A DNA stretch of 64,000 bases from Burkholderiaceae bacterium (GTDB taxonomy: Bacteria > Pseudomonadota > Gammaproteobacteria > Burkholderiales > Burkholderiaceae_E), in the NCBI GenBank assembly GCA_900299025.1, contig OMIE01000057.1:2287-66286 (forward strand), written 5' to 3'. Shown here piece after piece: positions 51,159-62,839 of this stretch (its first letter is position 1; each line of letters starts with the position of its first letter). The position numbers were made by a program, and so were the translations under genes. The notes under the pieces are model-generated. The model saw nothing but the letters and a program-made list of their open reading frames with translations, was not told the origin of the DNA and ran no database searches.

Positions 51159-51890
51159 GGCAGCCTGCTCGAACTTGCTTCTCGCGAGCAAAACACGCTG
51201 ACCATAGCCATGATCACTCGGCAAATTCGCTGCGCCGACATAGGTTTTTAGCGCCTTTTCGAGACTGGCGTCGCGGATTAAGTACTCTTTGAGTATGCCA
51301 ACCCCAACGCGTAAATTGCTCACAGGATCAAAAACCGCCGCTACGCCGCCCAAATGCTCAAATTTTGCTGCATGGACACGCGTGAGAATTTGCATCAAAC
51401 CTTGAGCACCCCGAGGGCTTTGCGCCAGTGGGTCAAAGCCCGATTCCACTGCCACCATGGCGAGAATCAACAATGGATCTAGCTTTTGCTCGCGAGCGAT
51501 CGCATAACTCTCGTGGACGATGTCTCGGGCCAGATCGGACGCTGCCTGGTAGCGATCGACGATGAAATCAACAATTCTGAGCTGTTCTGGACTTAGTGAC
51601 TGAACCGCTGTTGCTTGAGCCGGCGCTTTCGCCACGGAGGGAACCCCCACTGGATCAGCTTGTACAAGGTCCGTCGAGGGCTTGTGAATCTCGAATCGCG
51701 ACTGCACCCAAGGCGACTGTGACAAGCCATGTCGCCAAGCGAAACAAAGCAGTAAACACATCAACGCCAATGGAAGGTATTCAAGACCCGCTTGAACACG
51801 AGGGCTTGAGCGATTCCCGCTGTGAGATGCTGCCCTTGCTTTAACATGCTCGGGCATAGCGATTGATTTAGTGATGTCAGACATATCCAT
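51141..51890 (-). CDS. Lytic transglycosylase domain protein (SLT family)
   Basis: 249 aa with an N-terminal membrane anchor and the SLT catalytic motif AMVAVESGFDP...GAQGLMQI. Confidence 0.85.
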   Translation of the reverse strand: MDMSDITKSIAMPEHVKARAASHSGNRSSPRVQAGLEYLPLALMCLLLCFAWRHGLSQSPWVQSRFEIHKPSTDLVQADPVGVPSVAKAPAQATAVQSLSPEQLRIVDFIVDRYQAASDLARDIVHESYAIAREQKLDPLLILAMVAVESGFDPLAQSPRGAQGLMQILTRVHAAKFEHLGGVAAVFDPVSNLRVGVGILKEYLIRDASLEKALKTYVGAANLPSDHGYGQRVLLARSKFEQAASQVGP

Positions 51891-52056
51891 TGATGCGGCG
51901 CAGCATAACTGATTTGACCTTACTTCGCAGCAAAACCCATCGAATGAACTTCGATGCGACCGATCTTTCGACCAGCGTAGTGTAGACGCTCAGCGGTCAA
52001 CCAAGATCGACCAAAGGTTATTTCAGCCCGACAAACAAATATTGAGATCGAAGGTC

Positions 52057-53631
52057 ATGTTTCATAAATCCCGACAATACAGTGACTTACGAGAATTTAT
52101 GGATCAGCTTCATGAGCTTGGTGAATTGCAGCGCGTCAAGCCTGAGATAGCCACCGAATTGGAAATAACAGCACTGGCTGATGCCTGTCTTCGAAAGGCG
52201 GGTCCGGCGCTCCTCATTGAACGACCCACCCGATTCGGGGAGCCAAGCAAACACCCGGCGCTGGTGAACTTGTTTGGGACTACCCGAAGAGTTGCCCTCG
52301 GCATGGGTGCCGAGGAGCCTTCAGCCTTGCGTGAAATAGGCCGGGTGCTATCGCTGCTGAAAGAACCCGAGCCACCGCGAGGGCTCAAAGACGCCTGGGA
52401 CAAGTTGCCGATGCTCAAGCAGGTTTGGAGCATGACACCCAAAATGGTGGGGAGAGCACCCTGCCAAACGAACCGCCTCGAGGGCGGTGAAGTCGACCTG
52501 GGGCAGTTTCCACTACAACATTGTTGGCCGGGCGATGCTGCGCCATTGATTACCTGGGGACTGGTGGTTACCAAGGGACCTGGCAAGAAACGGCAAAACC
52601 TTGGCATTTATCGGCAACAAGTCATTGCAAAAAATAAGACCATCATGCGCTGGCTTGCCCATCGCGGTGGCGCACTCGACTTTCGCGAACACGCACGACT
52701 AAACCCAGGCAAGCCTTTCCCAATTGCTACGGTACTCGGCTGCGATCCAGCGACCATACTTGGCGCAGTCACCCCGGTCCCTGACAGCTTGTCGGAATAT
52801 CAATTCGCAGGGCTATTGAGGGGCTCGAGAACCGAACTCACAAACTGCATCGGCATAGACTTACAAGTACCAGCGCGTGCTGAAATCGTGCTTGAGGGGC
52901 ATTTGAATCCCGATCCTGACGCCAAGCAAACACGCGTGAATGCGCAATCTTTGGGCTTTACCGATGCACTGCCGCCTGGTGCAATGACAGGCTGGGAGAT
53001 GGCTCCCGAAGGTCCCTTTGGTGACCATACGGGTTATTACAACGAAAAAGATTGGTTTCCAGTCTTTACCATCGACCGGATCAGCTTTCGTGACCAAGCC
53101 GTTTATCACAGCACCTACACGGGAAAGCCACCCGACGAACCGGCCATCCTCGGCCTGGCCCTCAACGAAGTCTTTGTCCCGATTCTGCAAAGGCAGTTTG
53201 CGGAAATCAGCGACTTTTACCTCCCGGCTGAGGGTTGCTCTTACAGAATGGCTATTGTGTCTATCCGCAAACAATACCCCGGGCATGCCAAGCGGGTCAT
53301 GTTTGGGCTTTGGAGTTTTTTGCGCCAATTCATGTACACCAAGTTCATCGTCGTGGTCGACGACGATATCGATATCCGTCAGTGGGCGGAGGTTATCTGG
53401 GCGATTACCACCCGGGTCGATCCAAGTCGGGATTGCTTGCTGGTTGACAACACACCGATTGACTATCTTGATTTTGCATCGCCTGTTTCTGGCCTGGGGT
53501 CAAAAATGGGGCTTGATGCGACCAATAAGTGGCCTGGCGAGACGCAGCGCGAATGGGGGCGACCGATCACCATGGATGCTTCAGTCGAGAAAAAAATCGC
53601 CGAGGTCTTAAGTAGTTTGGGCGTGAGCTAG
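52057..53631 (+). CDS. ubiD: 4-hydroxy-3-polyprenylbenzoate decarboxylase
   Basis: UbiD family ([11 protein letters not shown]..., [17 protein letters not shown]). The ATG at 52057 is preferred over the TTG at 52042. Confidence 0.94.
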   Translation: MFHKSRQYSDLREFMDQLHELGELQRVKPEIATELEITALADACLRKAGPALLIERPTRFGEPSKHPALVNLFGTTRRVALGMGAEEPSALREIGRVLSLLKEPEPPRGLKDAWDKLPMLKQVWSMTPKMVGRAPCQTNRLEGGEVDLGQFPLQHCWPGDAAPLITWGLVVTKGPGKKRQNLGIYRQQVIAKNKTIMRWLAHRGGALDFREHARLNPGKPFPIATVLGCDPATILGAVTPVPDSLSEYQFAGLLRGSRTELTNCIGIDLQVPARAEIVLEGHLNPDPDAKQTRVNAQSLGFTDALPPGAMTGWEMAPEGPFGDHTGYYNEKDWFPVFTIDRISFRDQAVYHSTYTGKPPDEPAILGLALNEVFVPILQRQFAEISDFYLPAEGCSYRMAIVSIRKQYPGHAKRVMFGLWSFLRQFMYTKFIVVVDDDIDIRQWAEVIWAITTRVDPSRDCLLVDNTPIDYLDFASPVSGLGSKMGLDATNKWPGETQREWGRPITMDASVEKKIAEVLSSLGVS

Positions 53632-53680
53632 CACGAAGCGAGCTATCCTCGAAGAGAAGTGCAAAAGCTCCGAAGCGCTG

Positions 53681-55249
53681 TTAGCCGGTCGACACGATAA
53701 TACGAAGCAAATTGTCGACTGCCTGCCTCACCGAGGCAGCCTTAAGGTGATTAATCATGATGCTAAAGCTATAACGCTGACCGCTTTTTGCCTCGATATA
53801 TCCGGCAAGCGCGCGCACCCCATTTAGCGTGCCTGTTTTGAGCCATAAATGCCCGCGAAGACCAGGCTCGGCTAAACGCCGCTTCATCGTCCCGTCTATC
53901 CCAGCCACAGGCAAACTGTCGCGGTACATGGCTGCAATCGGCAAGCGTTGCGCGAACTGAAGAATCTTGTTGAGATCACGAGGGCTAAGCCGCTCCTCGC
54001 GCGACAGACCTGATCCATTTTCAATCACCAATGAGGAAAGGACGACCTGCTGATCCTGAAGCCATTGGCGCAGGCGATTCCAGGATGCCTGAACACTTGC
54101 TGGCCTTGATTCATGAGCAGATAATTGCAACCACAAATGCCTTGAAAGCAGGTTATTGCTTCGCTTATTGACGTCGATCACCACATCGAGCACTGAGTTG
54201 CTCGAGGTCCACGAAAGTAGTTCAAGGGGTGCATGACTCGCTGCACCGTCAACGCGCCGTGCACGACCCTTCCAGCGTCCGCCTTGCTCAAGCCAAGCGG
54301 CTCGAAACAATCGTTCGGCAAATTCGACGGTATCGGGAAAGGCAATAAAGCGCTCGCCACGGCCACAGCTGCTTGGCCAATTGCCTTCAAGGATCAGCTT
54401 TCTTGCGCCCGCGCTTGGCTCTGGCTCGAATTGAAAGGCAAGCGCAGCGTCCTTACATGAGCCTTGAGGTTTTCGAATCCGATCGAGGATTTCGATGCCA
54501 GCCAAGGGTGGGTCAATACTTGGCTTTTGACCTGCCCCCCAAGAAAGCTTGACCGATCGAAAATTCATATCTGTTGCAATCGGTGCAACGTTGTAGGGTT
54601 GTTGCCACTCACCGTCAATCGGTACGGAGACCGAAACCTCACCGGCATAAAGTGATGCATCAAGCAATAAGTCGCCTTGGATATCCTCAAGACCGGCACT
54701 TCTCAATCGCGCAATCATTGCGCGCAAATCTTCGATCAAAAGCTTGGGATCTCCTCGGCCGAGCAAGACCAAATCACCATGCAAAATACCTGCATCAGGC
54801 TGCACCCTGGCGCGCCAGCTGGTCTTCCATCGAAAATCCGGACCCAAAAGCTGCAGGGCCGCAAAACTCGTGAGGAGCTTAATGGTTGATGCGGGGTTCA
54901 TCGGCTCATCGGCACGATGCTCCCAGCGAAGCGGCGGGCTCTGTGCCGGAAATCGCTGATGTTGACCCAAGGCATCTTTGAGCGATCGGTTGTTATCGGC
55001 TTGGTTACTCGATGTTGCATCGTGGATCGGTTCAAGTACAAGAGCGATCGCAGACCGCGGCACATGAACGGTCTTTTCGACATCCTCAAGCCATTGCTGC
55101 AAGACGGCATCTTGTGCACTTACAGGGCTCGAGGTGACAATGCAGGCCATCAGGCATGCGGCAATACCCTGCAAAAACAAACAGGCTAGGCCTTGCAGGA
55201 CGCGTAATGATCTTGAATTTATATCAAAGGTAAAAAAATGCGACTTCAT
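53681..55249 (-). CDS. dacB: D-alanyl-D-alanine carboxypeptidase/endopeptidase (PBP4, peptidase S13)
   Basis: Signal peptide, SxxK (PASTIKL), SxN (KRSNNLLS) and KTG (LKTGTL). The start is the ATG at 55249 or the GTG at 55258, and both overlap the divergent SDR gene start. Confidence 0.9.
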   Translation of the reverse strand: MKSHFFTFDINSRSLRVLQGLACLFLQGIAACLMACIVTSSPVSAQDAVLQQWLEDVEKTVHVPRSAIALVLEPIHDATSSNQADNNRSLKDALGQHQRFPAQSPPLRWEHRADEPMNPASTIKLLTSFAALQLLGPDFRWKTSWRARVQPDAGILHGDLVLLGRGDPKLLIEDLRAMIARLRSAGLEDIQGDLLLDASLYAGEVSVSVPIDGEWQQPYNVAPIATDMNFRSVKLSWGAGQKPSIDPPLAGIEILDRIRKPQGSCKDAALAFQFEPEPSAGARKLILEGNWPSSCGRGERFIAFPDTVEFAERLFRAAWLEQGGRWKGRARRVDGAASHAPLELLSWTSSNSVLDVVIDVNKRSNNLLSRHLWLQLSAHESRPASVQASWNRLRQWLQDQQVVLSSLVIENGSGLSREERLSPRDLNKILQFAQRLPIAAMYRDSLPVAGIDGTMKRRLAEPGLRGHLWLKTGTLNGVRALAGYIEAKSGQRYSFSIMINHLKAASVRQAVDNLLRIIVSTG

Positions 55250-56071
55250 GATCGTCACATTCTGCTAACCGGGGGGGCCCAAGGCATCGGACTTGCGTGC
55301 GCATTGCGCTTTGCTAGCGAAGGCGCAAAAGTCTTAGTGGTTGATAAGCAAGCCGCACCTGATCTTGCCCAAGCATTCGAAACTGCGGGGCAAGCAAAGG
55401 GGAATGCCGAGAGACTCGCTTCAAAGGTTGATGCCGAGAGGCTCGCGTCAAACATCGCCTGGTTACAGGCCGACGTCACAGCGCGATCATCAGCGGAAAC
55501 AGCTTTAGCCATGGGCATCCGACTTTGGGGCAGGGTCGATGGATTGTTGAACAATGCCGGCATTATCCACGGCTGCCACTTTCTTGATCTTAAGGATGAG
55601 GACTTCGATCGTGTCATGGCTGTAAACATCCGTAGCTATTTCGTATTCAGCCAGGTTGTTGCAAGACATATGGTGTCTGAAAAGCTACGCGGTTCGATTG
55701 TCAACATGTCAAGCGTCAATGCCCTGCTGGCCATCCCTGACCAGCTGCCCTACGCGGTGTCTAAGGGAGGCGTCAATCAACTCACCCGGGTCAGCGCGAT
55801 GTCGCTGGCGGAGTATGGCATTCGGGTTAATGCTGTCGGGCCAGGCACCATTGCGACCGAATTAGCGAGGCATGCTGTGATGCAGTCTGAGCAGGCCAAG
55901 CAAAAAATCATGTCACGGACACCATTGCAGCGGCTTGGGGAACCCGATGAGGTTGCTCAAGTGGCCGCCTTCTTGATGAGTGACGAGGCCTCGTACCTCA
56001 CGGGGCAGATTATCTATCCCGATGGCGGTCGGATGGCGCTCAATTACACGGTGGCTGCACCCGGGGCATAG
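55238..56071 (+). CDS. SDR family oxidoreductase
   Basis: 277 aa with LTGGAQGIGLA, NNAG and YAVSKGGV motifs. It carries a 9-codon internal tandem duplication (NAERLASKV/DAERLASNI). Confidence 0.9.
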   Translation: MRLHDRHILLTGGAQGIGLACALRFASEGAKVLVVDKQAAPDLAQAFETAGQAKGNAERLASKVDAERLASNIAWLQADVTARSSAETALAMGIRLWGRVDGLLNNAGIIHGCHFLDLKDEDFDRVMAVNIRSYFVFSQVVARHMVSEKLRGSIVNMSSVNALLAIPDQLPYAVSKGGVNQLTRVSAMSLAEYGIRVNAVGPGTIATELARHAVMQSEQAKQKIMSRTPLQRLGEPDEVAQVAAFLMSDEASYLTGQIIYPDGGRMALNYTVAAPGA

Positions 56072-56132
56072 AGGCAGCCTCTTAGCCCTGAGGAATCAAA
56101 CAGGCGACTAAGCAGCGGTCCTTCGCTGCGAT

Positions 56133-56594
56133 TCAGTCCGCATCTTGGGGCCGACGGTGAACAAGCACGGGCACGCCACTATGCGTGAGTACTTTTTGAG
56201 TCTCGCTTCCGAGAATCAAGGCCGCAAGGCCTTTGCGGCCATGAGACGCCATGAAGATCAGATCGCATGCCTCATCGTCAGCGACATCGATAATCGTTTC
56301 CCACACGCTTGTATCAAGCTTGGTCAGGGTTTTACAGCTCACGTGTAGGGCATCAGCCCTGGCTTTCACTGAGGCAAGCACCCGCTCCGAAGCCTGCATC
56401 ACAGCTTTCTCGTATTCGGCGTCAGTAAAAGGCGCAGCAATCGGCATCTCTGCGAACGCTGGCGGTACAAAAGGCATTTGAATATTCAATGCCAGGACTT
56501 TGGCGCCGGTTTCTGCTGCGAGTTTGAGTGCGGCATCGACAGCTGCTTCCGAGGGCTCAGACCCATCGGTAGGGATAAGAAAATGTTTGTACAT
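56133..56594 (-). CDS. Universal stress protein (UspA family)
   Basis: 153 aa with MYKHFLIPTDGSEPSE... and the C-terminal GSETQKVLTHSGVPVLV ATP-binding pattern. Confidence 0.9.
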   Translation of the reverse strand: MYKHFLIPTDGSEPSEAAVDAALKLAAETGAKVLALNIQMPFVPPAFAEMPIAAPFTDAEYEKAVMQASERVLASVKARADALHVSCKTLTKLDTSVWETIIDVADDEACDLIFMASHGRKGLAALILGSETQKVLTHSGVPVLVHRRPQDAD

Positions 56595-56677
56595 GGCGTC
56601 CTCCTATACGGGCTTCCAGCGAAAAACCATCGACAAATGGTCGATTTATAGGAATGTAAGGTCGATTTGAGAAGTTA

Positions 56678-57760
56678 TCAAGTCGCCATGCTTGAACTGG
56701 ATGCACCGAAGGTCTCAATGAGTCCACACACGACAACACATTGCTCTTCGCTCAGGTCCAAATGGGTAACAAGCCTAAGCGGACGCCTATTGAGCAGCAC
56801 CACGCCATGGGCCGATAAGAAGGCAACCAGCCGATCAAGGACATGAGCGTCAGATCCCGGATAAACCCAAACCATATTGGTTGCGACCTTGACCTCCAGG
56901 CCGGGGATGGCACGAAGTGCTTGAGCGATGGCGTCAGCCCTTCGATGATCGTCTGCAAGCCCTGCAACATGATGATCGAGGGCATAGCTGCCAGCGGCGG
57001 CGAGTACGCCAGCCTGGCGCATACCACCACCCAGCATCTTGCGAACCCGATGGGCTTTGGCAAGCAACTTGCTCGAACCCATCAAGACTGAGCCAGCGGG
57101 CGCCCCCAAACCCTTGGAAAGGCAAACCGACACCGTATCAAAGTGACGGGCGATTTCCCGTGCTTGAAGACCTTGGGCTACAGCGGCGTTATATAATCTT
57201 GCACCATCGAGGTGCACCCCCAAACCCTTTTCGCGCGCGAAGGCGCTTGCCTTGTGGATATAGTCTTGCGGCATGACTTGTCCACCGAAGGTATTTTCGA
57301 GTGCTAAAAGTCGCGTACGCGCAAAGTGCGGATCGTCGGCTTTGATCGCAGCGGCTATGCGCTCAATCGCGATCGACCCGTCAGCTTCCTGTTCCAGCGG
57401 CTGCGGCTGTATGCTCCCCAGCACCGCGGCACCGCCTCCTTCGTACTTATAAGTGTGGGCTAGTTGCCCGACCAAATACTCATCGCCGCGTTCGCAATGC
57501 GCCATGAGCGCGCAGAGATTCGACATGGTTCCAGTCGGCATGAAAAGCCCTGCCTCAAACCCAAGCTCATCAGCCAGGCGATCCTGAAGCTGATTAACGC
57601 TTGGATCATCGGCAAATACATCATCACCTGTTGACGCAATCGACATCGCAGCAAGCATGCCAGGCGTCGGTCTGGTAACGGTATCGCTGCGAAGATCGAT
57701 TCCTAGTCCTTTGCTAACCTGCCCCGCTTGTGGCGCACCATCGATTGCCTGTCCGTACAT
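56678..57760 (-). CDS. ltaE: Low-specificity L-threonine aldolase
   Basis: 360 aa with DLRSDTVTRPTPGM, GTMSNL and CLSKGLGAPAGS (Lys-PLP) motifs. Confidence 0.92.
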   Translation of the reverse strand: MYGQAIDGAPQAGQVSKGLGIDLRSDTVTRPTPGMLAAMSIASTGDDVFADDPSVNQLQDRLADELGFEAGLFMPTGTMSNLCALMAHCERGDEYLVGQLAHTYKYEGGGAAVLGSIQPQPLEQEADGSIAIERIAAAIKADDPHFARTRLLALENTFGGQVMPQDYIHKASAFAREKGLGVHLDGARLYNAAVAQGLQAREIARHFDTVSVCLSKGLGAPAGSVLMGSSKLLAKAHRVRKMLGGGMRQAGVLAAAGSYALDHHVAGLADDHRRADAIAQALRAIPGLEVKVATNMVWVYPGSDAHVLDRLVAFLSAHGVVLLNRRPLRLVTHLDLSEEQCVVVCGLIETFGASSSSMAT

Positions 57761-57833
57761 GCTGGCTCCTTACCGCTGTCCCTTGAAAGTGCGCATCCTA
57801 GCCTGATCCCCGCATCTGCACCATGGTCAAGAC

Positions 57834-57862
57834 TTGAAAAACAGATCAGAGATCCGTATTAT
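57834..57862 (+). promoter_or_regulatory. Candidate groESL promoter (sigma70-like TTGAAA-N17-TATTAT; the -35 also fits a sigma32 CTTGAA)
   Basis: TTGAAA at 57834-57839, a 17-nt spacer, then TATTAT at 57857-57862, immediately abutting the CIRCE element. This is sequence inspection only. Confidence 0.5.
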
Positions 57863-57888
57863 TAGCACTCACAACGGTTGAGTGCTAG
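57862..57888 (+). promoter_or_regulatory. CIRCE inverted repeat (HrcA operator) upstream of groES
   Basis: TTAGCACTC-acaacggtt-GAGTGCTAG matches the consensus TTAGCACTC-N9-GAGTGCTAA at 17 of 18 positions. It lies 88 nt upstream of the groES ATG. Confidence 0.88.
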
Positions 57889-57975
57889 CAAAGCCGGTAA
57901 AGACAAACGGTGTTGCCAAGCCCTTAGCCTCTTCCTCGAAAAATTAACTGTCCCAACCCATAGGAGCTTATACGC

Positions 57976-58263
57976 ATGAAACTGCGTCCTTTGCATGATC
58001 GCGTGATCGTCAAGCGCCTCGACACCGAGCGCAAAACTTCGTCTGGCATCGTCATTCCCGACAACGCCGCTGAAAAACCTGACCAAGGCGAAATCCTCGC
58101 TGTTGGCAACGGAAAAATCCAGGAAGACGGCAAGGTTCGTCCCATGGCTGTAAAGACTGGCGACAAAGTGCTCTTTGGCAAGTACAGCGGCCAGACCGTC
58201 AAGGTTGACGGCGAGGAGCTGCTCGTCATGCGCGAAGAAGACATCATGGCAGTCGTGGAGTAA
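57976..58263 (+). CDS. groES: Co-chaperonin GroES
   Basis: 95 aa beginning [16 protein letters not shown]..., with an AGGAG Shine-Dalgarno upstream. Confidence 0.98.
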   Translation: MKLRPLHDRVIVKRLDTERKTSSGIVIPDNAAEKPDQGEILAVGNGKIQEDGKVRPMAVKTGDKVLFGKYSGQTVKVDGEELLVMREEDIMAVVE

Positions 58264-58317
58264 TCGATCGCGATCTTCCCCTTGATTTTGAACGCTTTTG
58301 TATTTTTTCTGGAGTAA

Positions 58318-59973
<1,656 letters not shown>

Positions 59974-60054
59974 CACCCCTTATGTGAGACCCCGCGTCTC
60001 GCAACGCCGGTTTGCAGCGCTGACCAACAGGTCAGGGCGCCCTCTGGCGGCAAG

Positions 60055-60090
60055 AGGCCTGGTCAAAAGCCAGGCCTTTTGTTTTTGTTT
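60055..60090 (+). terminator. Rho-independent terminator after groEL
   Basis: AGGCCTGG (60055-62), loop TCAAAAG, CCAGGCCT (60070-77), followed by TTTTGTTTTTGTTT. Confidence 0.85.
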
Positions 60091-60164
60091 CATGCCAAGC
60101 CCTGGCTCAATGATGGAAACCGGTACTATCGTGTCTTCTTGTTAGCGCAGAGGATCTTGGTTCG

Positions 60165-61262
60165 ATGGCAAGCGTAGAGATCAAACAAGTCGTCAAGGAC
60201 TTTGGTCCGACCAAGGTATTGCGTGGCGTCGATGTGAAGATCGAAGACGGCGCGTTTTGCGTCTTGGTCGGGCCCTCAGGCTGTGGCAAATCAACCTTGT
60301 TGAGACTGATCGCAGGTCTTGAAGAAATCAGCTCGGGGGATATTCTGATCGGCGATCGCGTGGTCAACAGCGTGCCGCCCAAAGATCGAGATATCGCGAT
60401 GGTGTTTCAAAACTATGCGCTCTATCCGCACATGACGGTCGCGCAGAACATGGGGTTTTCACTCAAGCTTGCCGGACAGAGCAAAGCGGAAATGGCCTCA
60501 CGTGTGAAAGAAGCCGCCCAGATCTTGGGCTTGGATGCCTTGCTCGAGCGTTATCCGAGGCAACTGTCAGGAGGCCAAAGGCAACGGGTGGCGATGGGCC
60601 GGGCCATTGTCCGCAATCCACAAGTTTTCCTTTTTGATGAACCGCTATCGAATCTCGACGCCAAGCTCAGGGTTCAGATGAGGGCGGAAATCAAGGAACT
60701 CCACCTCAGACTGAAAACCACAGCGATCTATGTCACCCATGATCAAATTGAGGCAATGACCATGGCTGATCAGATCGTGGTCATGCATGATGGGGTGATC
60801 GAGCAGATTGGTGCACCGCTTGAGCTCTATGACCGCCCAGCTAATCCCTTTGTTGCAAGCTTTATTGGCTCGCCAGCGATGAACCTGCTCGAGGCTGAGA
60901 TCCAAGACAGTCGCGCCATCGTCTTCAAAGGACAGACTCAATGGGCGGCGCCTGCGATGAAAGCGGCTAATGCCCCTGGACCCAAAGCAATTCGACTTGG
61001 GATACGTCCTGAGCATTTACAACTTTGCTCGCCCGATCAATCGCAGGCACTGCGCGGCAGGATTGCAGTGATTGAACCCACAGGGGCAGACACCCTCGTA
61101 CACATGAAGTCTGACGCAGGCGACCTGGTGGCTGTATTTCGCGAACGTCATGCTTTTGCAGTGGGCGAAACGATTGGCCTATGTACTGACCCAGCTTTGT
61201 TACACGTCTTTGATGCTAGCAACGGCAGGCGCCTCAACGCGGACATAAACGATGGATTGTGA
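60165..61262 (+). CDS. ABC transporter ATP-binding protein, MalK/UgpC-type (sugar/glycerol-phosphate importer ATPase)
   Basis: 365 aa with Walker [10 protein letters not shown], signature LSGGQRQRV, Walker [12 protein letters not shown] and a C-terminal TOBE-like regulatory domain. There is no adjacent permease or binding-protein gene. Confidence 0.92.
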   Translation: MASVEIKQVVKDFGPTKVLRGVDVKIEDGAFCVLVGPSGCGKSTLLRLIAGLEEISSGDILIGDRVVNSVPPKDRDIAMVFQNYALYPHMTVAQNMGFSLKLAGQSKAEMASRVKEAAQILGLDALLERYPRQLSGGQRQRVAMGRAIVRNPQVFLFDEPLSNLDAKLRVQMRAEIKELHLRLKTTAIYVTHDQIEAMTMADQIVVMHDGVIEQIGAPLELYDRPANPFVASFIGSPAMNLLEAEIQDSRAIVFKGQTQWAAPAMKAANAPGPKAIRLGIRPEHLQLCSPDQSQALRGRIAVIEPTGADTLVHMKSDAGDLVAVFRERHAFAVGETIGLCTDPALLHVFDASNGRRLNADINDGL

Positions 61263-62202
61263 CAAGCTGTCGCCATCGACTGGTTTTGTAGCCAAACTAC
61301 GCAAGGCTTGGACCATAAGCGACTCCATGCTCTGCGTCGGTATCGACCCAGACCCGTCCCGATTTCCCTCGCCGCTCAAGGGAAGGTCGGATGCACTTTT
61401 TGCTTTTTGTACCTCAATTGCCGATGCCACTGCCCCATTTGCCTGCGCGTTTAAGCCACAAATTGCTTACTTTGCAAGCCTTGGCGCTGAAGACTGCCTT
61501 GAAGCACTCATGGACTATTTGCGACAAAGGCATCCGGGTATTCCAACGATTCTCGATGCCAAGCGCGGCGATATCGGAAGTACCGCCGAGCACTATGCAC
61601 GCGAGGCCTTTGAGCGATACAAGGCTGATGCGGTTACGGTGAGCCCTTATATGGGCACCGATTCCATCGCGCCCTACCTCACCTACAAAGACCGGGGGGT
61701 GATTGCGCTTTGCCGTACCTCAAACCCTGGAGGTGCTGACCTACAAGGGCTTGAAGTGCAAATACCCGATGCGGATTGGCAAGCGTTTCCCGCCGGAGCT
61801 CAGCCTGCCCTTCGTAGTCAATTGCCACTTTATGAATGGGTAGCCCTCTTGGCGGCCCATCGTTGGAATCGCGATGCGCAAATGGCCTTGGTTGTGGGTG
61901 CCACCTACCCGCTGGAACTCGCGCGTGTACGTGAGCTCGCCCCTGATCTTCCCCTGCTCGTTCCAGGCATAGGCGCTCAAGGAGGGGATGTTGCCGCGGC
62001 CGTTAGAGCGGGTCGCGACGATTTGGGATGGGGCATGATGTTGAATTCTTCCCGCGCAATCCTTTACGCGAGCGACGGAGAGGATTACGCTGAGGCTGCA
62101 GCGCGTGTAGCAAAAGAAACCGCCGACTTAATACGGCAGGCAGCAGGAGGGGAGACAGATCATGCGCATCCTATTAGTCGAGGACGACGAGATACTGGCT
62201 GA
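61252..62202 (+). CDS. pyrF: Orotidine 5-prime-phosphate decarboxylase (type 2)
   Basis: [24 protein letters not shown] and [14 protein letters not shown] motifs. It overlaps the upstream ABC gene by 11 nt and the downstream response regulator by 41 nt. Confidence 0.9.
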   Translation: MDCDKLSPSTGFVAKLRKAWTISDSMLCVGIDPDPSRFPSPLKGRSDALFAFCTSIADATAPFACAFKPQIAYFASLGAEDCLEALMDYLRQRHPGIPTILDAKRGDIGSTAEHYAREAFERYKADAVTVSPYMGTDSIAPYLTYKDRGVIALCRTSNPGGADLQGLEVQIPDADWQAFPAGAQPALRSQLPLYEWVALLAAHRWNRDAQMALVVGATYPLELARVRELAPDLPLLVPGIGAQGGDVAAAVRAGRDDLGWGMMLNSSRAILYASDGEDYAEAAARVAKETADLIRQAAGGETDHAHPISRGRRDTG

Positions 62203-62839
62203 TGGCTTAAGCCGCTCGCTACGACAAGCGGGCTACGCGGTTGATCATCTCGTATCCGGCCAAAGCGCCGACACAGCGCTTGGATTTGAATCCTTTGATC
62301 TACTGATCCTTGATCTTGGCTTGCCAGGACTCAGCGGGATTGAGGTCTTAAAGCGACTCCGAGCAAGACAATCGGGTATCCCGGTTCTCATTCTCACTGC
62401 AACCGATTCGGTTGAACAACGCGTCAAAATGCTTGATGCGGGCGCTGACGACTTCATGGCCAAGCCCTTTGCACTCAGCGAACTCGAGGCACGCGTTAGA
62501 GCATTAGTGCGTCGGGGGATGGGTAAAGCATCATCACAAATACAGCACGGCTCGCTGACCTACGACCAGTCAGCCCGAACTGCCTTTCACCAAAATGAAA
62601 CCTTAGAGTTATCTGCTCGTGAGGTAGCGCTCTTGGAAGTACTGCTCACACGTGTTGGGCGGCTTGTGAGCAAAGAGCATATCGTGCAACACCTCTGCGA
62701 GTGGGGCCACGAAGTGAGCCATAACGCGGTTGAAGTCTACGTACACCGATTGAGAAAAAAGCTTGATGGTTGCGATGTCACCATCTCAACGGTACGCGGG
62801 CTCGGATATTGCCTTGAACGGCCTACCCAGACGCACTGA
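62162..62839 (+). CDS. OmpR-family response regulator (TctD/QseB-like)
   Basis: [10 protein letters not shown]..., phospho-acceptor context [10 protein letters not shown], and a winged-helix C-terminus (TVRGLGYCL). A strong AGGAGG Shine-Dalgarno lies upstream. Confidence 0.93.
   Translation: MRILLVEDDEILADGLSRSLRQAGYAVDHLVSGQSADTALGFESFDLLILDLGLPGLSGIEVLKRLRARQSGIPVLILTATDSVEQRVKMLDAGADDFMAKPFALSELEARVRALVRRGMGKASSQIQHGSLTYDQSARTAFHQNETLELSAREVALLEVLLTRVGRLVSKEHIVQHLCEWGHEVSHNAVEVYVHRLRKKLDGCDVTISTVRGLGYCLERPTQTH

Noticed and set aside
56557-56739. 60-aa ORF bridging the usp/ltaE gap
   Set aside because: It overlaps both flanking genes on the same strand in other frames, and it has no ribosome-binding site or motif.
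57782-57820. Alternative sigma32 promoter CTTGAAA ... CCCCGCAT upstream of groES
   Set aside because: The spacer between the -35 and the CCCC box is about 19-20 nt, longer than the 13-15 nt typical of sigma32 promoters. The downstream TTGAAA-N17-TATTAT fits better.
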